Below, piece after piece: positions 50,948 through 61,921 of a stretch of DNA of 64,000 nt. How positions within the stretch are numbered: the stretch's first letter is position 1; every line of letters starts with the position of its first letter. Made by a program: the position numbers and the translations under genes. Under the pieces are notes generated by a model. The model had not been told where the DNA came from and made no database searches. It saw only the letters and a list, made by a program, of their open reading frames with translations. The DNA is from an uncultured delta proteobacterium (GTDB lineage: Bacteria; Desulfobacterota; Desulfomonilia; UBA1062): the NCBI GenBank assembly GCA_963752595.1, contig CAVVYZ010000005.1, forward strand, positions 256,001-320,000, in the 5' to 3' direction.

Positions 50948-52014
50948 AGAAGATCAAAATCCTCATCGTTGATGATTCAGCTCTGGTGCGCCAGACCCTT
51001 CGTGATATCCTCTCATCAGATCCCCGCATAGAGGTCATGGGTACGGCACCTGACCCCTTTGTTGCAGCCGAGAAGATGCGGGAATTCGTGCCCGATGTGA
51101 TCATGCTGGATGTGGAGATGCCCAAAATGGACGGGCTGACGTTTTTGAAGAAGATCATGGGGCAGCATCCGATTCCGGTGGTGATCTGCTCGTCTTTGGC
51201 GGGCAAGGGAACGGAAACCGCGATGAAGGCGCTCGAGTTCGGGGCGGTAGAGGTCATCCATAAGCCGGCACTGGGCACCAGGCAGCTGCTCCAGGAGTCC
51301 ACCACCCTCATCTGCGATGCCGTGGTCGCAGCATCGAGGGTCAGTGCAAAGAAAAAGGCCGTTGATTATTCCCTGGCAACGCCAAAGCTCAGCGCCGACG
51401 TGATACTGGCCAGGCCGAAAACCGATGCGGTCTTGCAGACCACGGAAAAGGTCGTGGTCATAGGCGCTTCCACCGGAGGCACCGAGGCCCTCAGAGAGGT
51501 TCTCGAAGCCCTGCCTGAAAACTGCCCCGGCATCGTCGTTGTCCAGCACATGCCCGAAGGCTTTACCACCGCCTTCTCAAGCAGGCTCAACGGCCTGTGC
51601 AAGATCACCGTCAAGGAAGCAGCCAACAACGATACCGTCCTGCCCGGCCATGCGCTCATCGCCCCGGGCAACAGGCATATCCTCCTCAAACGGAGCGGCG
51701 CACGGTATTATGTAGAAATCAAAGACGGCCCGCTGGTCTCCCGCCACAGGCCCTCGGTGGATGTCCTCTTCCGCTCGGCTGCCCGGTATGCGGGAAGAAA
51801 TGCCTTAGGCATCATCATGACCGGCATGGGTGACGACGGCGCCAAAGGCATGCTCGAACTCAAACAGGCCGGAGCCTATACCATCGCCCAGGACGAATCC
51901 TCCTGCGTCGTCTTCGGCATGCCGGCCGAAGCCATCAAACTCGGCTCCGTCGATAAAATCCTCCACTTAGGCGCTATGCCCCGTGAAATTATGCGGATCT
52001 ATGCTCAAACGTAA
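50944..52014 (+). CDS. cheB: Chemotaxis methylesterase CheB
   Basis: Receiver domain plus GASTGG, QHMP, HRPSVD, TGMGDDG, VFGMP. Confidence 0.97.
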   Translation: MKKIKILIVDDSALVRQTLRDILSSDPRIEVMGTAPDPFVAAEKMREFVPDVIMLDVEMPKMDGLTFLKKIMGQHPIPVVICSSLAGKGTETAMKALEFGAVEVIHKPALGTRQLLQESTTLICDAVVAASRVSAKKKAVDYSLATPKLSADVILARPKTDAVLQTTEKVVVIGASTGGTEALREVLEALPENCPGIVVVQHMPEGFTTAFSSRLNGLCKITVKEAANNDTVLPGHALIAPGNRHILLKRSGARYYVEIKDGPLVSRHRPSVDVLFRSAARYAGRNALGIIMTGMGDDGAKGMLELKQAGAYTIAQDESSCVVFGMPAEAIKLGSVDKILHLGAMPREIMRIYAQT

Positions 52015-52034
52015 GCGAAAAGGAGCTCTTCATT

Positions 52035-53878
52035 ATGATACGAGACCTCATGAATGTTACCCTGAACAGGTTTTTAAGCACAAAACCTTACGGGGATAAC
52101 GGAAAACCCGGCAGTGAAGCCAGAAGCATCCATGATCTGCAGGATGACCTGGAAGGGATAAACGAGGTCCTGAAAAATCTTGCCTCATCCTCTGAAAAGG
52201 GCTTTCTCGATATCGGGACCAAGCTTCAGGATATCTATTCGCGCACCACTACCATGGCCGAACTGGGTGCCTCGGTAGTACAGGTCATGACCGGAGAAGG
52301 AATTAAAAATGCCATCGGGGGGCTCGCAACGATCCTCGAAGAGCTCAAAGGCCACCTCGAGAATTCGGAGAACGGCTTTGGTAAAATATCCCATGGGCTT
52401 GCCGATTATCAGAAGACCTTGAAGGAGGTTACTTCATACCTCGAAAAATTCAGAATGCTCGTTCTGAACCTGGATATGCTGGGGTTTTTTACCAGGGTGG
52501 AGAACGCCCATATTTTAAGCGGAGACACCGGCTTCGCTGATCTCACCAATGACGTGAAGGCGCTGTCAAGAAGGATCTTTGACAAGTCCACCCAGATCCA
52601 ATCGAAATCAGTAGGTCTCTCCATTCTCATCAACCAGGCGCTGGCCGAATTCTTTAAATTCAAGGAGAGCCACAGGACCCATGCAATGACGATGCTCAAT
52701 CATTCGGTCACGAATCATAAACTTCTCGTGAATAAACATCGTTCGGCTACTGAAACGGCGCACCAGATATCAAGCAAATCTCACCAGATCAAGGGAAAGG
52801 TGGGAGATATCGTCTCAAGCCTGCAGTTCCATGATATCACTTCACAGCAGATCGGCCATGTGAGCGAGGTGATCGAAAGCCTGCAGGACAGCGTCAATTC
52901 CAGCACCCTATCCGATGCAGAAAAAACAGGGATTATCAGCGAGGTGTGCGCCCTCCAGATCTCGCAGCTGGGTAACTCCAAGAAAGCGGTTCACACCGCT
53001 GTGGAGTCGGTTATCGGGAGTCTGAATAAGATAGCCGGAGGTATTCAGGATCTGCTTGAAGAAACCCGCAAGGTTTCCTGGGCATCGGATATCGAGGGCT
53101 TGAGCTTCATGGAAGAGCTTGACTTCGGTATATCGACAGTTATCAAGTGCCTTGATGAAAACATCACCGAACAGACCGGCCTGACCAATACCATGTCCTC
53201 GGTAAGCTCCATGGTCTCCGAGATGTCGGGGTTCGTGGGGGAAATTGAAAACCTGGGATTGAATCTCCAGCTCATTGCCTTGAATGCGCGGATCAAGGCG
53301 GCACATATGGGCAAGGAAGGCGCTGCCCTGGATACGATATCAGGCAGCATCTATGAATTATCAAAGGACTCCCGCACCGATACGAGCGTCCTTTCCCATA
53401 TGCTCGCCAGTGTCGTGGACATCGCCAAACAATTTGATTCAATCTCGAAAACATGCACAGTGGCCAGGAGAAGAACGTGGAGGCCCTGGTGGAGAACCTG
53501 AAGGACCTCCTCTTCTCGCTCCATGAGATGAATGACTCCGTATTCAAAAGCCTTATAGAGATGAATACCATGGGCGAGTCTCTCATTGAGGACATCGGAA
53601 AGATCACCTCCGGCGTCACGGTACACCATGAAATACAGAACGTGATCGGTGATGTGATGGGTGAGTTCGAAGAGTTACGGTGCGAATCGAACGGCATGCA
53701 CCCGTATGATAGGAGAACGAAATCTTCTTCTTTTATGGATGAACTCCAGAAGTACTATACCATGGAAAGCGAACACAAGATCCATGCAGATTATATGAAT
53801 CCCCGGGATGTACCGGATTCACCGGCCACATCCAAGGGTAACGCTTCGGAATATGGAGATAATGTTGAATTGTTTTAG
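52035..53878 (+). CDS. Soluble MCP-like coiled-coil chemotaxis protein (frameshift near 53445)
   Basis: LQFHDITSQQIGHV, LIALNARIKAAHMG..G.AL; the other frame gives YTMESE and a terminal GDNVELF. Confidence 0.8.
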
Positions 53879-53913
53879 AGGAGTTTAAGAGAGTACAGGT
53901 AAGGAGTCTGAGT

Positions 53914-54267
53914 ATGGGCGAGATAGTACTGGAAACAATGGCGGGGGGGAGAAAGGTGCTGAAGCTGAGCGGTGAACTCACGATAGAGATCTCGCCGCGA
54001 TTGAAGGGTGCATTTCTCGAGGCTTTTGAGAGCGGCCATGGGCTTGGGGTGGATGTGAGCAAAGCGGAGATGATCGATCTGGCGTGCGTGCAGGTCCTCT
54101 GTGCAGCGCACCGGCATTTCGTAGGCGGCGGGTTGAGTCTGGTTATTGCCGGCGATATTCCGGAGAGCGTTCGCAGGTCATTGAACGATACGGCCATTGA
54201 TTCTTCCACCTGCAATTCAGCCTGCACTTCACAATGCCTGTGGGCCAAGGGAGGCGGACATGTCTAA
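53914..54267 (+). CDS. STAS domain protein
   Basis: LKLSGELTI, VDVSKAEMIDLACVQVLCA; located in the che operon before cheY. Confidence 0.85.
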   Translation: MGEIVLETMAGGRKVLKLSGELTIEISPRLKGAFLEAFESGHGLGVDVSKAEMIDLACVQVLCAAHRHFVGGGLSLVIAGDIPESVRRSLNDTAIDSSTCNSACTSQCLWAKGGGHV

Positions 54268-54628
54268 GCGCATATTGAGCGTGGATGATTCGGCGAGCAT
54301 CCGGCAGATGGTCTCATTCACCCTCAGGAATGAGGGGTATGAGGTAATCGAGGCAACAGACGGCAAGGATGCCCTTGCCAAGCTCGGCAGAGGCACCCCG
54401 GTGAGCCTGGTGATCACGGACCTGCACATGCCGAACATGGATGGCATAGAGCTCATCAAGCATTTGCGGTCCAATCCGGCACATAAGTTCACTCCCATCG
54501 TCATGCTCACCACGGAATCCCACCAGGACAGGAAGGAACAGGGAAAGCAGGCCGGGGCCACGGGATGGATCGTGAAGCCCTTCAAGCCCGATCAGCTCGT
54601 TTCGGTGGTCAAGAGGCTTCTGGGTTGA
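54260..54628 (+). CDS. cheY: Chemotaxis response regulator CheY
   Basis: ILSVDDSASIRQM, ITDLHMPNMDG, LTTES, GATGWIVKPF. Confidence 0.95.
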   Translation: MSKRILSVDDSASIRQMVSFTLRNEGYEVIEATDGKDALAKLGRGTPVSLVITDLHMPNMDGIELIKHLRSNPAHKFTPIVMLTTESHQDRKEQGKQAGATGWIVKPFKPDQLVSVVKRLLG

Positions 54629-54650
54629 TAATTTAAGGGGAGGTAATTCC

Positions 54651-56784
54651 ATGGACGCACCGAAACAGATATACCGGGAAGAGGCAAATGAGCTCCTGGC
54701 CGATCTTGAAGAGGCTCTGATCGAGCTGGAGCAGAAGCCCGCTGAAAGGGATCTTATCGACAGGATATTCAGGGCCATGCACACCATCAAGGGCTCGGGG
54801 GCCATGTTCGGCTTCGATGATATCGCGGCGTTTACCCATACCATCGAAACGGTCTACGACCTCATCCGGGAGGGCAAGCTGTCCGGTGACAGAAGAGCTC
54901 ATCAGCCTGACCTTGAAGGCCTGCGACCAGATCAAAGCCATGCTCGAGTGCATCCGAAGGGCAGGCGACGGCAGCCGATGGAGCGCTTACCTCAGAGCTT
55001 GTGAACGCATTCAAGGGCCTGATGCCGGGAGAGGGCAACGAGAAGGTTAAGACACCTGAAGCACCAGTCCCGTGCATCGAGAAGCAGGTGTCAGGGACAA
55101 GGCAGGAAGCAACCTACCGCATACGCTTCAAGCCCAACCGGGACCTCTTCACATAATGGCACCAACCCTATCCCCTTGCTGAATGAGCTCAAGAGCATGG
55201 GCCAGGCCCATGTGCTCTGCCAGCTCGAAGACCTGCCCGACCTTGCCCGATCTCGACACGGAGGCATGCTATGCAGCATGGGACATCATCCTGACCACAC
55301 ATAAGCGATATAAATGCGATCACGGGACATCTTCATCTTTGTGGAAGATATGAGTGATATCACCGTCACCAAGATCGATGACGGCAGTACATCAGAGGAG
55401 GAAGAGTACAAAAAGATGGGCGAGATCCTCTTCGAGCGAGGCGACATCAGCCTGAAGCGATCTCGAAGCCATCCTCGGTACGCAGAAGCGGATCGGGGAG
55501 ATGCTCGTCGAGTCGGGCAAGGTAAACCGCTCGGAAGTGCAGTCGGCGCTCATGGAGCAGGAGCATGTCCGGAACTTGCGGAAGAAACGCACCAGCCGCC
55601 AGGAGAGTACATCCGAGCATCCGGGTCGCCTCGGCAAAGCTCGATTCCCTGGTAAACCTCGTGGGCGAGCTGGTGACCGTGCAGGCCAGGCTCACCCAGC
55701 TCGCAGCCTCCAAGGACAGACACCGACCTCATCAGCGTGGCCGAGGAGGTGGAGCAGCCTGACCGCGGAGCTTCGGGACAACGCCATGGGCATCCGGATG
55801 CTGCCCATCGGCACCACCTTTGCCAAGTTCAAGCGCCTGGTCAGGGACCTGTCCGCGGAGCTGGGCAAGGAGATCGACTTCACCACGGAAGGCGAAGAGA
55901 CCGAGCTGGACAAGACCGTGATCGAAAAGCTCGTCCGACCCGCTGGTGCACCTCATCCGGAACAGCATCGACCATGGGATCGAGACGCCCGAGGACGCAG
56001 AACGTCATCGGGCAAGCCTGCCGCAGGGCATCATCCACCTGTGCGCCGAGCATTCCGGGGCCTACGTGCTCATCTCCGTGCATGACGACGGTGCAGGGCT
56101 GGACACGGAAGCCATCCGGAACAAGGCCGTCGAAAAAGGGCATTATCAGTCCGGAGGCGTACTTGAGCGAGAAGGAGATCTTCGAGCTCATCCTGGCGCC
56201 CGGGTTCTCCACGGCTAAGACCGTCACCAGCGTATCGGGCAGGGGCGTGGGCATGGACGTGGTTACAAGCAGCATCGAGTCCTTCGGCGGTACCGTGGAG
56301 ATCGCAGAGCACCAAGGGATCAGGCACCACCATCACCCTGAAGCTGCCGCTGACGCTGGCCATCATTGACGGGCTGCTCGTGACCATCTCGGAAGAGTTC
56401 TTCGTCATCCCCTTGAATGCCGTGCTCGAGTGCGTTGACCTCACCGATGAAGACAGAAAGCATACCCACGGAAGGAACCTGGCCAGGGTAAGGGGTGAGA
56501 TCATCCCCTACATCCCGCTGCGGGATGCCTTCTCCATAAACGGCTGCAAACCTTCCACCGAGCAGATCGTGGTCACCGAGATCGGCGAGAAGCGCGTGGG
56601 CTTCGTGGTGGACAAGGTCGTGGGCCAGCACCAGACCGTCATCAAAAACCTCGGCAAACTTCTCAAGCCCATCGAAGGCATCTCCGGCGCCACCATCATG
56701 GGCGACGGATCTCTCGCCCTCATCCTCGATATCAACAAACTCACCCACCAGGCTGAAATTGCCGAACACGATCTCGTTGCGTGA
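54651..56784 (+). pseudogene. cheA: Chemotaxis histidine kinase CheA, broken by many frameshifts (probably sequencing error)
   Basis: HPt IFRAMHTIKG; then SIRV..KLDSLVNLVGELV, RMLPI, ETELDK, HLIRNSIDHG, DDGAG, PGFSTA..SGRGVGMDVV and a CheW-like end, scattered over three frames. Confidence 0.9.
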
Positions 56785-56831
56785 AGATAAAGGCTCTTTG
56801 CCTTGTGCATCTTCGCTGTGCAAGGTCATCT

Positions 56832-56853
56832 GTCACCCCCGCGAAAGCGGGGG
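56832..56853. repeat. REP-like palindrome between the convergent cheA and pncA
   Basis: GTCA-CCCCCGC-GAAA-GCGGGGG, with a second hairpin CCTTGTGCA..TGTGCAAGG just upstream. Confidence 0.6.
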
Positions 56854-56862
56854 ACGGACAAG

Positions 56863-57537
56863 TTATTTCACTTCTTCTGCATTGACGAAATGAATTCCCT
56901 TATCAGTCATAACCTCCAAGGCTTCCGAGATGCTCTCGGCAGGAGATCCTACAGGTTTGGTAAGGTCCAGGATCACGTATACCCGGTAGCCCAGATCCGC
57001 CCCGTCTGAGGCTGTGAAGAAAACGCAGTAGTCGAGCGCCACGCCGCAGATGAAAATTCGCATCACCGCCCTCGACTTCAGATATCCGTCGAGCCCTGTA
57101 TGGGTCTTCCGGTCGTTTTCCATGAATCCCGAATAGCTGTCTATGCTCTTGTGATAGCCCTTCCTGATGACCGCATCCGCAAAGCCGGTCATCAGATTTT
57201 CGTGAAAATCCGCTCCTTTGCTTTTCTGGACACAGTGGTCAGGCCAGAGCACGGGGCCCAAGCCCGGGGATTCATAGAGATCGAAAGGGTTCATTCCCTT
57301 ATGTGCCGACGCAAAGGAGTAGTGGCCCGGGGTATGCCAGTCCTGTGTCAAGACCACGGGGAGATCCCTTTTCCGGAAAAGCTCCATGACCGTATTGATC
57401 CCCGGGACGATACCATCCCCCTCCCTCACTGCCAGGGCCCCGCCCGGCATGAAATCATTCTGCATATCCACCACAACCAGGGCATCCCCGCGTTCCGGCT
57501 TTACGCACTCATCGCGCACCAGCTGATCAGAACTCAT
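56863..57537 (-). CDS. pncA: Nicotinamidase/pyrazinamidase
   Basis: VVDMQNDFMPGGAL, QDWH, WPDHCVQ, RKG, DSYSGF, GVALDYCV. Confidence 0.95.
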   Translation of the reverse strand: MSSDQLVRDECVKPERGDALVVVDMQNDFMPGGALAVREGDGIVPGINTVMELFRKRDLPVVLTQDWHTPGHYSFASAHKGMNPFDLYESPGLGPVLWPDHCVQKSKGADFHENLMTGFADAVIRKGYHKSIDSYSGFMENDRKTHTGLDGYLKSRAVMRIFICGVALDYCVFFTASDGADLGYRVYVILDLTKPVGSPAESISEALEVMTDKGIHFVNAEEVK

Positions 57538-57654
57538 CGTGTTCTCCTTGGGATTCTTCCTTTGTTTTTAAGGTATGTATTATTGAGGACGGTTTGCATT
57601 ATCAAGCAGGGTTGACGTTTTTCAATAAGACGGGAATTTTACAGAAGCAGGCGC

Positions 57655-59052
57655 CTAGTGTCCGGCGGACGAGTTTCCGTTCTCACGGATCCTGCCCCGT
57701 GCGAGGGAAGCTACCGCCCCTGCAGCGCAGAAAACGGAAAAGATCAGAAAGCCCGCGTGAAGGCTTCTCATGAACTCCGGATATATTTCAGGCGTGATCT
57801 TTTTCTGGCCGATAAAGACGGCAAAGAGCATGAGGGCAACACCCATGCTTACCATCTGCCCGGTGATGCGCATGGTGGCGATCATCCCTGAGGCAACTCC
57901 GTACATCTTTTTTTCCACCGAACTCATGATGGCATTCGTGTTGGGTGAAGAAAAAAATGCGAAACCGAACCCGATGAGGACAAGAGCCGCAAGGATCTCC
58001 ACCATGCCGGTGTCTTCCCGAAGGAAGGCAAACATAAAAAGGCCGAGACATGTCATTACCATGCCCGTCGAGGCGAGGATTCTCGGTTCGATCCTGTCTG
58101 AGAGCCTTCCAGCGAGCGGCGAGAAGGCCATCATGACCAGGGGCTGCGAGACCAGGACGAGACCTGCCTCCTGGGGGGTCATGGCCTTTACATACTGGAG
58201 ATAGAGGTTCAAAAGAAAGGTTGCGGCAAAGGTTGCGCTGTAATGGATGAAGGCCGCCAGGTTCGAAAAGGCGAACGGCCTGTTGTGCGTCATGAGACGC
58301 ATATCGAGTACCGGGCTCTCTACCCTTTTCTCCCACGCGATAAACAAGGCCAGCCCCGCCAGCCCCGCTATGGTCAGCCACAGCCCGGAAGATCCCGGAA
58401 CTCTGGAGAATCCGTACATGACGACGATCAGGCTCAGCGAAAAGATGAGAGATCCCGCATAATCGATGCCCCCTGCTTTTGTTTCCCCTTTCTCTTCTAC
58501 GATACCCTTTGCTGCCAATGCCAGAACGATAATGCCGATGGGCACATTGACGAGGAAGATGCTTTCCCATCCGAAATTCTCGGTGAGGATTCCTCCGATG
58601 AAGGGCCCCAGGGACAGCCCCAGGTAGGTGGCAGCCACATTGATCCCGAGCACCCGGCCCCGTTCTTCCGGGGTGTAGACGGCCACGAGAATTGCTACGC
58701 CCGTGCCGAAGATCATCGAGCTCCCGATACCCTGCAGGGCTCTGAAGAAGAGCAGGATAGGCGTAGAGGGCGACATGATGATGAGAAGGGAGCTTAAACT
58801 GAAAATCGCGACCCCCCGGATGAAGATGCGTTTTTTCCCGTAGATGTCGGCAGCCCTGCCGAAGGGGAGCAGAAAAACGGCGGTTGCGATAAGGTAGGAG
58901 GTGGAGACCCAGTTCAGCGTAATCGCGTTCATGGAAAATTCCCTGGCGATGGCAGGGAGCGCGATATTGACCGAAGAGCCCATGAACGGCGTCAGGAATG
59001 ACGAGAGCGATGCCACGATAAGAATGACCGACCTGTTGCCTGCCGTTTTCAT
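57655..59052 (-). CDS. MFS transporter, DHA2 (EmrB/QacA-like, 14 TM)
   Basis: SVNIALPAI, GRAADIYGKK, RALQGIG, GPFIGG, W..IFLVNVP, GRLSDRI, FSSPN. Confidence 0.92.
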   Translation of the reverse strand: MKTAGNRSVILIVASLSSFLTPFMGSSVNIALPAIAREFSMNAITLNWVSTSYLIATAVFLLPFGRAADIYGKKRIFIRGVAIFSLSSLLIIMSPSTPILLFFRALQGIGSSMIFGTGVAILVAVYTPEERGRVLGINVAATYLGLSLGPFIGGILTENFGWESIFLVNVPIGIIVLALAAKGIVEEKGETKAGGIDYAGSLIFSLSLIVVMYGFSRVPGSSGLWLTIAGLAGLALFIAWEKRVESPVLDMRLMTHNRPFAFSNLAAFIHYSATFAATFLLNLYLQYVKAMTPQEAGLVLVSQPLVMMAFSPLAGRLSDRIEPRILASTGMVMTCLGLFMFAFLREDTGMVEILAALVLIGFGFAFFSSPNTNAIMSSVEKKMYGVASGMIATMRITGQMVSMGVALMLFAVFIGQKKITPEIYPEFMRSLHAGFLIFSVFCAAGAVASLARGRIRENGNSSAGH

Positions 59053-59168
59053 GCCGCCGCCTCCGGAGTGCATTTCTTTCCCACAAGACCCGATGCCGGT
59101 ATTCAATCACCAGAGGCAACGTAGCAGAAATGAAAGGCGAGAGGAACACCCTTTTTGCCCATGAGAAG

Positions 59169-60254
59169 TTATCTTTTTATGACATGGACGGACGTGGCTT
59201 TGAAAGAAGCCGCCACTTCCGTACCTTCTGAAAGGCCCAGGTCCTGCAGAGCCTGGTGCGTTACATGTGCAGAGAGAAGGAATCCGCAGTCGATACTCAC
59301 CCGGTAGAAGAACCCCATGGGGGTGATCTTTTCGATCCTGCCCGAAAATACATTCCTCGCACTCGACCTGGACAAGGAGGTATCGATGGTAACCTGCTCG
59401 GGCCGGATGAAGCACATCACCCGCCTGCCCGTCTCAAAGCCGCCGACAGCCCTGATAACGATCCCATCCACCGAGATGTCGAGGAGCCCGTCGTTCGATC
59501 CGCATACCGTTCCCTCGATGATGGTTTCCATGCCCACAAAGGCTGCTACGGTCTCGTTCACGGGCCGGTTCATCACCGCAGCGGCATCTCCGATCTGGAC
59601 AACGGATCCCCTGTCCATGACCGCGATCCTGTCGGAAAGCCGCAATGCATCCATCCGGTCGTGTGTCGCCATAACCGCGGTGATTCCCTTTTTCCGCATG
59701 ACAGAGCTTAAGTCTTCGATGAGCGCTTCCTTGGTGGGAGGGTCGAGCGAGGCAAAGGGCTCGTCCAGGAAAATCATCTCGGGCTGTAGGGCGAAGGCCC
59801 TGGCCAGGCTTGTCCTCTGGGACTCTCCGCCGGAGAGTTTCCGGGCCGATCGACCCGAAAGGTGGCCGATACCGAAGAGGGCGAGGTACTCTTCGACAAT
59901 GGGATGGATCTGTTTTCCGGGATACCCGTGGAACTTCAAGCCCGAGGCAACGTTGTCGAAAACGGACGTATCGAAAAGGAGCGGTTCCTGAAAAACCATG
60001 GTGATCTTTCTCCGGAGGCCGAGCATATCATTCCGGCCGGACAGCATGTTCCCCCGGAATCGTATCTCCCCATCATCTCTCCTGATAAGCCCTGAAAGAC
60101 TCAGGAGCAGGGTGGACTTCCCGGCACCGTTTCCTCCGATGAGCGAGAGGAACTCGCCCTCGAAAATATCGAACGCGGGCACATCGAGCACCGGGACGCC
60201 CCCGCGGCTCACCTTAAGGCCTCGTACAGATAAGATGGGCCGAGTGGGGCTCAC
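59169..60254 (-). CDS. tupC: Tungstate ABC transporter ATPase with TOBE domains
   Basis: GGNGAGKS, LSGGESQR, FLDEPF, terminal FKATSVH TOBE. Confidence 0.85.
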   Translation of the reverse strand: MSPTRPILSVRGLKVSRGGVPVLDVPAFDIFEGEFLSLIGGNGAGKSTLLLSLSGLIRRDDGEIRFRGNMLSGRNDMLGLRRKITMVFQEPLLFDTSVFDNVASGLKFHGYPGKQIHPIVEEYLALFGIGHLSGRSARKLSGGESQRTSLARAFALQPEMIFLDEPFASLDPPTKEALIEDLSSVMRKKGITAVMATHDRMDALRLSDRIAVMDRGSVVQIGDAAAVMNRPVNETVAAFVGMETIIEGTVCGSNDGLLDISVDGIVIRAVGGFETGRRVMCFIRPEQVTIDTSLSRSSARNVFSGRIEKITPMGFFYRVSIDCGFLLSAHVTHQALQDLGLSEGTEVAASFKATSVHVIKR

Positions 60255-60949
60255 CGGGGCCGCTCCCTCTGCTGGATACCGGTCAGGATTGCATTGACTA
60301 TGAATGAGAACAGAAGCAGGAGGATGCCCAGGGCGATCGCGACATCGAAGTTGCCCCTGCCTGTCTCCATGACCGTGGCTGTCGTGAGCACCCGTGTATA
60401 GCCCTTGATGTTTCCGCCCACCATGATGGAGGCACCGACCTCGGAGATCACGCTGCCGAACCCTGCCATGACCGCGGCGAGGAGCGGGAGCCTCGCCTCC
60501 CTGATGAGCATGACGACCATCTGGAAGCGTGACGCGCCGAGCGCCAGGATCTGGAGCCTCAGGTTTTCCGGCAGTTTCTGCATGGCAGCCAGGCTCACGC
60601 CCATGATGATGGGCGTGGCGATGACTGCCTGGGCGATGATGATGGCCGTCGGCGTATAGAGAACTCCGAGAAAACCCAGGGGGCCGTTACGCCACAGGAA
60701 GATGGTGACGAAAAGGCCCACGACAACGGGGGGCAGCCCCATGCCAGTGTTGATGAGGCTGATCACGAACCTCCTCCCGGGGAACCGGTTCAGCGCCACG
60801 ACCGTGCCCACGGATACCCCGAGGAAGAGGCTGATCAGGGTCGCAGTTCCCGATATCTTCAAGGAAAGGAGCGTGATCCCCATCACCTCCGGATCGAAGG
60901 TGAACAGGAGTTGAAACGCCTTCTTGATGCCTTCGAGGATCAGCTCCAT
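60251..60949 (-). CDS. tupB: Tungstate ABC transporter permease
   Basis: NTGMGLPPVVVGL, GPLG, SEVGASIMVGGNIKGYTRVLTTA. Confidence 0.92.
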   Translation of the reverse strand: MELILEGIKKAFQLLFTFDPEVMGITLLSLKISGTATLISLFLGVSVGTVVALNRFPGRRFVISLINTGMGLPPVVVGLFVTIFLWRNGPLGFLGVLYTPTAIIIAQAVIATPIIMGVSLAAMQKLPENLRLQILALGASRFQMVVMLIREARLPLLAAVMAGFGSVISEVGASIMVGGNIKGYTRVLTTATVMETGRGNFDVAIALGILLLLFSFIVNAILTGIQQRERPR

Positions 60950-60955
60950 ATCACC

Positions 60956-61807
60956 CTACAGTCCTAGGTCTTTCGGGTTTTTGCCCGCATCCGGGAAGAA
61001 GAGAGGGGACCCGAACTTGTCCACGCCGAAGGTCCCGATGATCTTCTGGACCTTGTCCGATATCATGAAGTCTGCAAATGCCTTACCGCCCTGAACATTG
61101 ATCTTGTCGAACTTCTTGGGATTGACCTCGATGACATGGTAGATATTGAGGAGCTTGCTGTCTCCCTCCACGAGGATGGCAAGCCCCAGGTTCTTTTTCA
61201 GCGCGAGGTAGGTGCCGCGGTCGGCAAGGGTATACCCCTTCTTCTCGGCGGCCACGTTCAGGGTCTGGCCCATGCCGAGCCCGGTCTGCTGATACCACTT
61301 CTGTCCCTCGGGATTGACGCCGGAGGCCTTCCAGAGGTCTTTTTCCTTGGCGTGAGTGCCGGAATTGTCGCCGCGGGACATGAAAAGCGAGCCTGTTGAT
61401 GCTATCTTGGCGCATGCTTCCTTGGCGGACTTCATTCCCTTGATCCCTGCCGGGTCCGATGCCGGGCCTACGATGACGAAGTCGTTATGCATCACGAGCC
61501 TGCGGTTCACCCCATTGCCTTCTTCCATGAAATTTTTCTCAGCAGCCGGAGAATGGACCAGCAGGACATCCGCCTCGCCTTTCGCGCCCATGGCCATGGC
61601 CTGGCCGGACCCGACGGCAATGGTCTTTAAGAAAAACCCTGTCTGCTTCTCGAAAATCGGGGTGAGCACATCTAAGAGACCGGAATCCTGGGTGCTTGTG
61701 GTAGTGGCCAGGATTACATTCTTCTGCGCAGCAAAGAGGCTCGTTCCGCAGAGAACGAGCGAGAGTGCAACCACAAAAAGACCGGTACGGAACAACTTTT
61801 TACCCAT
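60956..61807 (-). CDS. tupA: Tungstate-binding protein
   Basis: Signal peptide, ATTTSTQDSGLL (TTTS motif), VMHNDF, SRGDNSGTH, GMG, DRGT. Confidence 0.93.
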   Translation of the reverse strand: MGKKLFRTGLFVVALSLVLCGTSLFAAQKNVILATTTSTQDSGLLDVLTPIFEKQTGFFLKTIAVGSGQAMAMGAKGEADVLLVHSPAAEKNFMEEGNGVNRRLVMHNDFVIVGPASDPAGIKGMKSAKEACAKIASTGSLFMSRGDNSGTHAKEKDLWKASGVNPEGQKWYQQTGLGMGQTLNVAAEKKGYTLADRGTYLALKKNLGLAILVEGDSKLLNIYHVIEVNPKKFDKINVQGGKAFADFMISDKVQKIIGTFGVDKFGSPLFFPDAGKNPKDLGL

Positions 61808-61831
61808 GAATTTATTCCTCCCCATGTAAAA

Positions 61832-61921
61832 TTAATTTTTTGCTTTTTCGGATTCGATCCACTGCTTTGATTCGGGCAGGAAAGAATCCAGCACTGCTGA
61901 CTGAATAAGACCTTTTTTCAT
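61832..61921 (-). other. 29-aa small ORF or gene remnant (MKKGLIQSAVLDSFLPESKQWIESEKAKN)
   Basis: AAGGAGG RBS inside the regulator's 3' end and an ATGA start/stop overlap with it. Confidence 0.4.

Noticed and set aside
57788-59149. Long alternative-frame ORFs (this 453-aa ORF; also 43551-44774, 27744-28829, 38498-39514, 15165-16109)
   Set aside because: They are shadow ORFs overlapping well-supported genes, as expected from GC-rich codon bias, and have no domain motifs.
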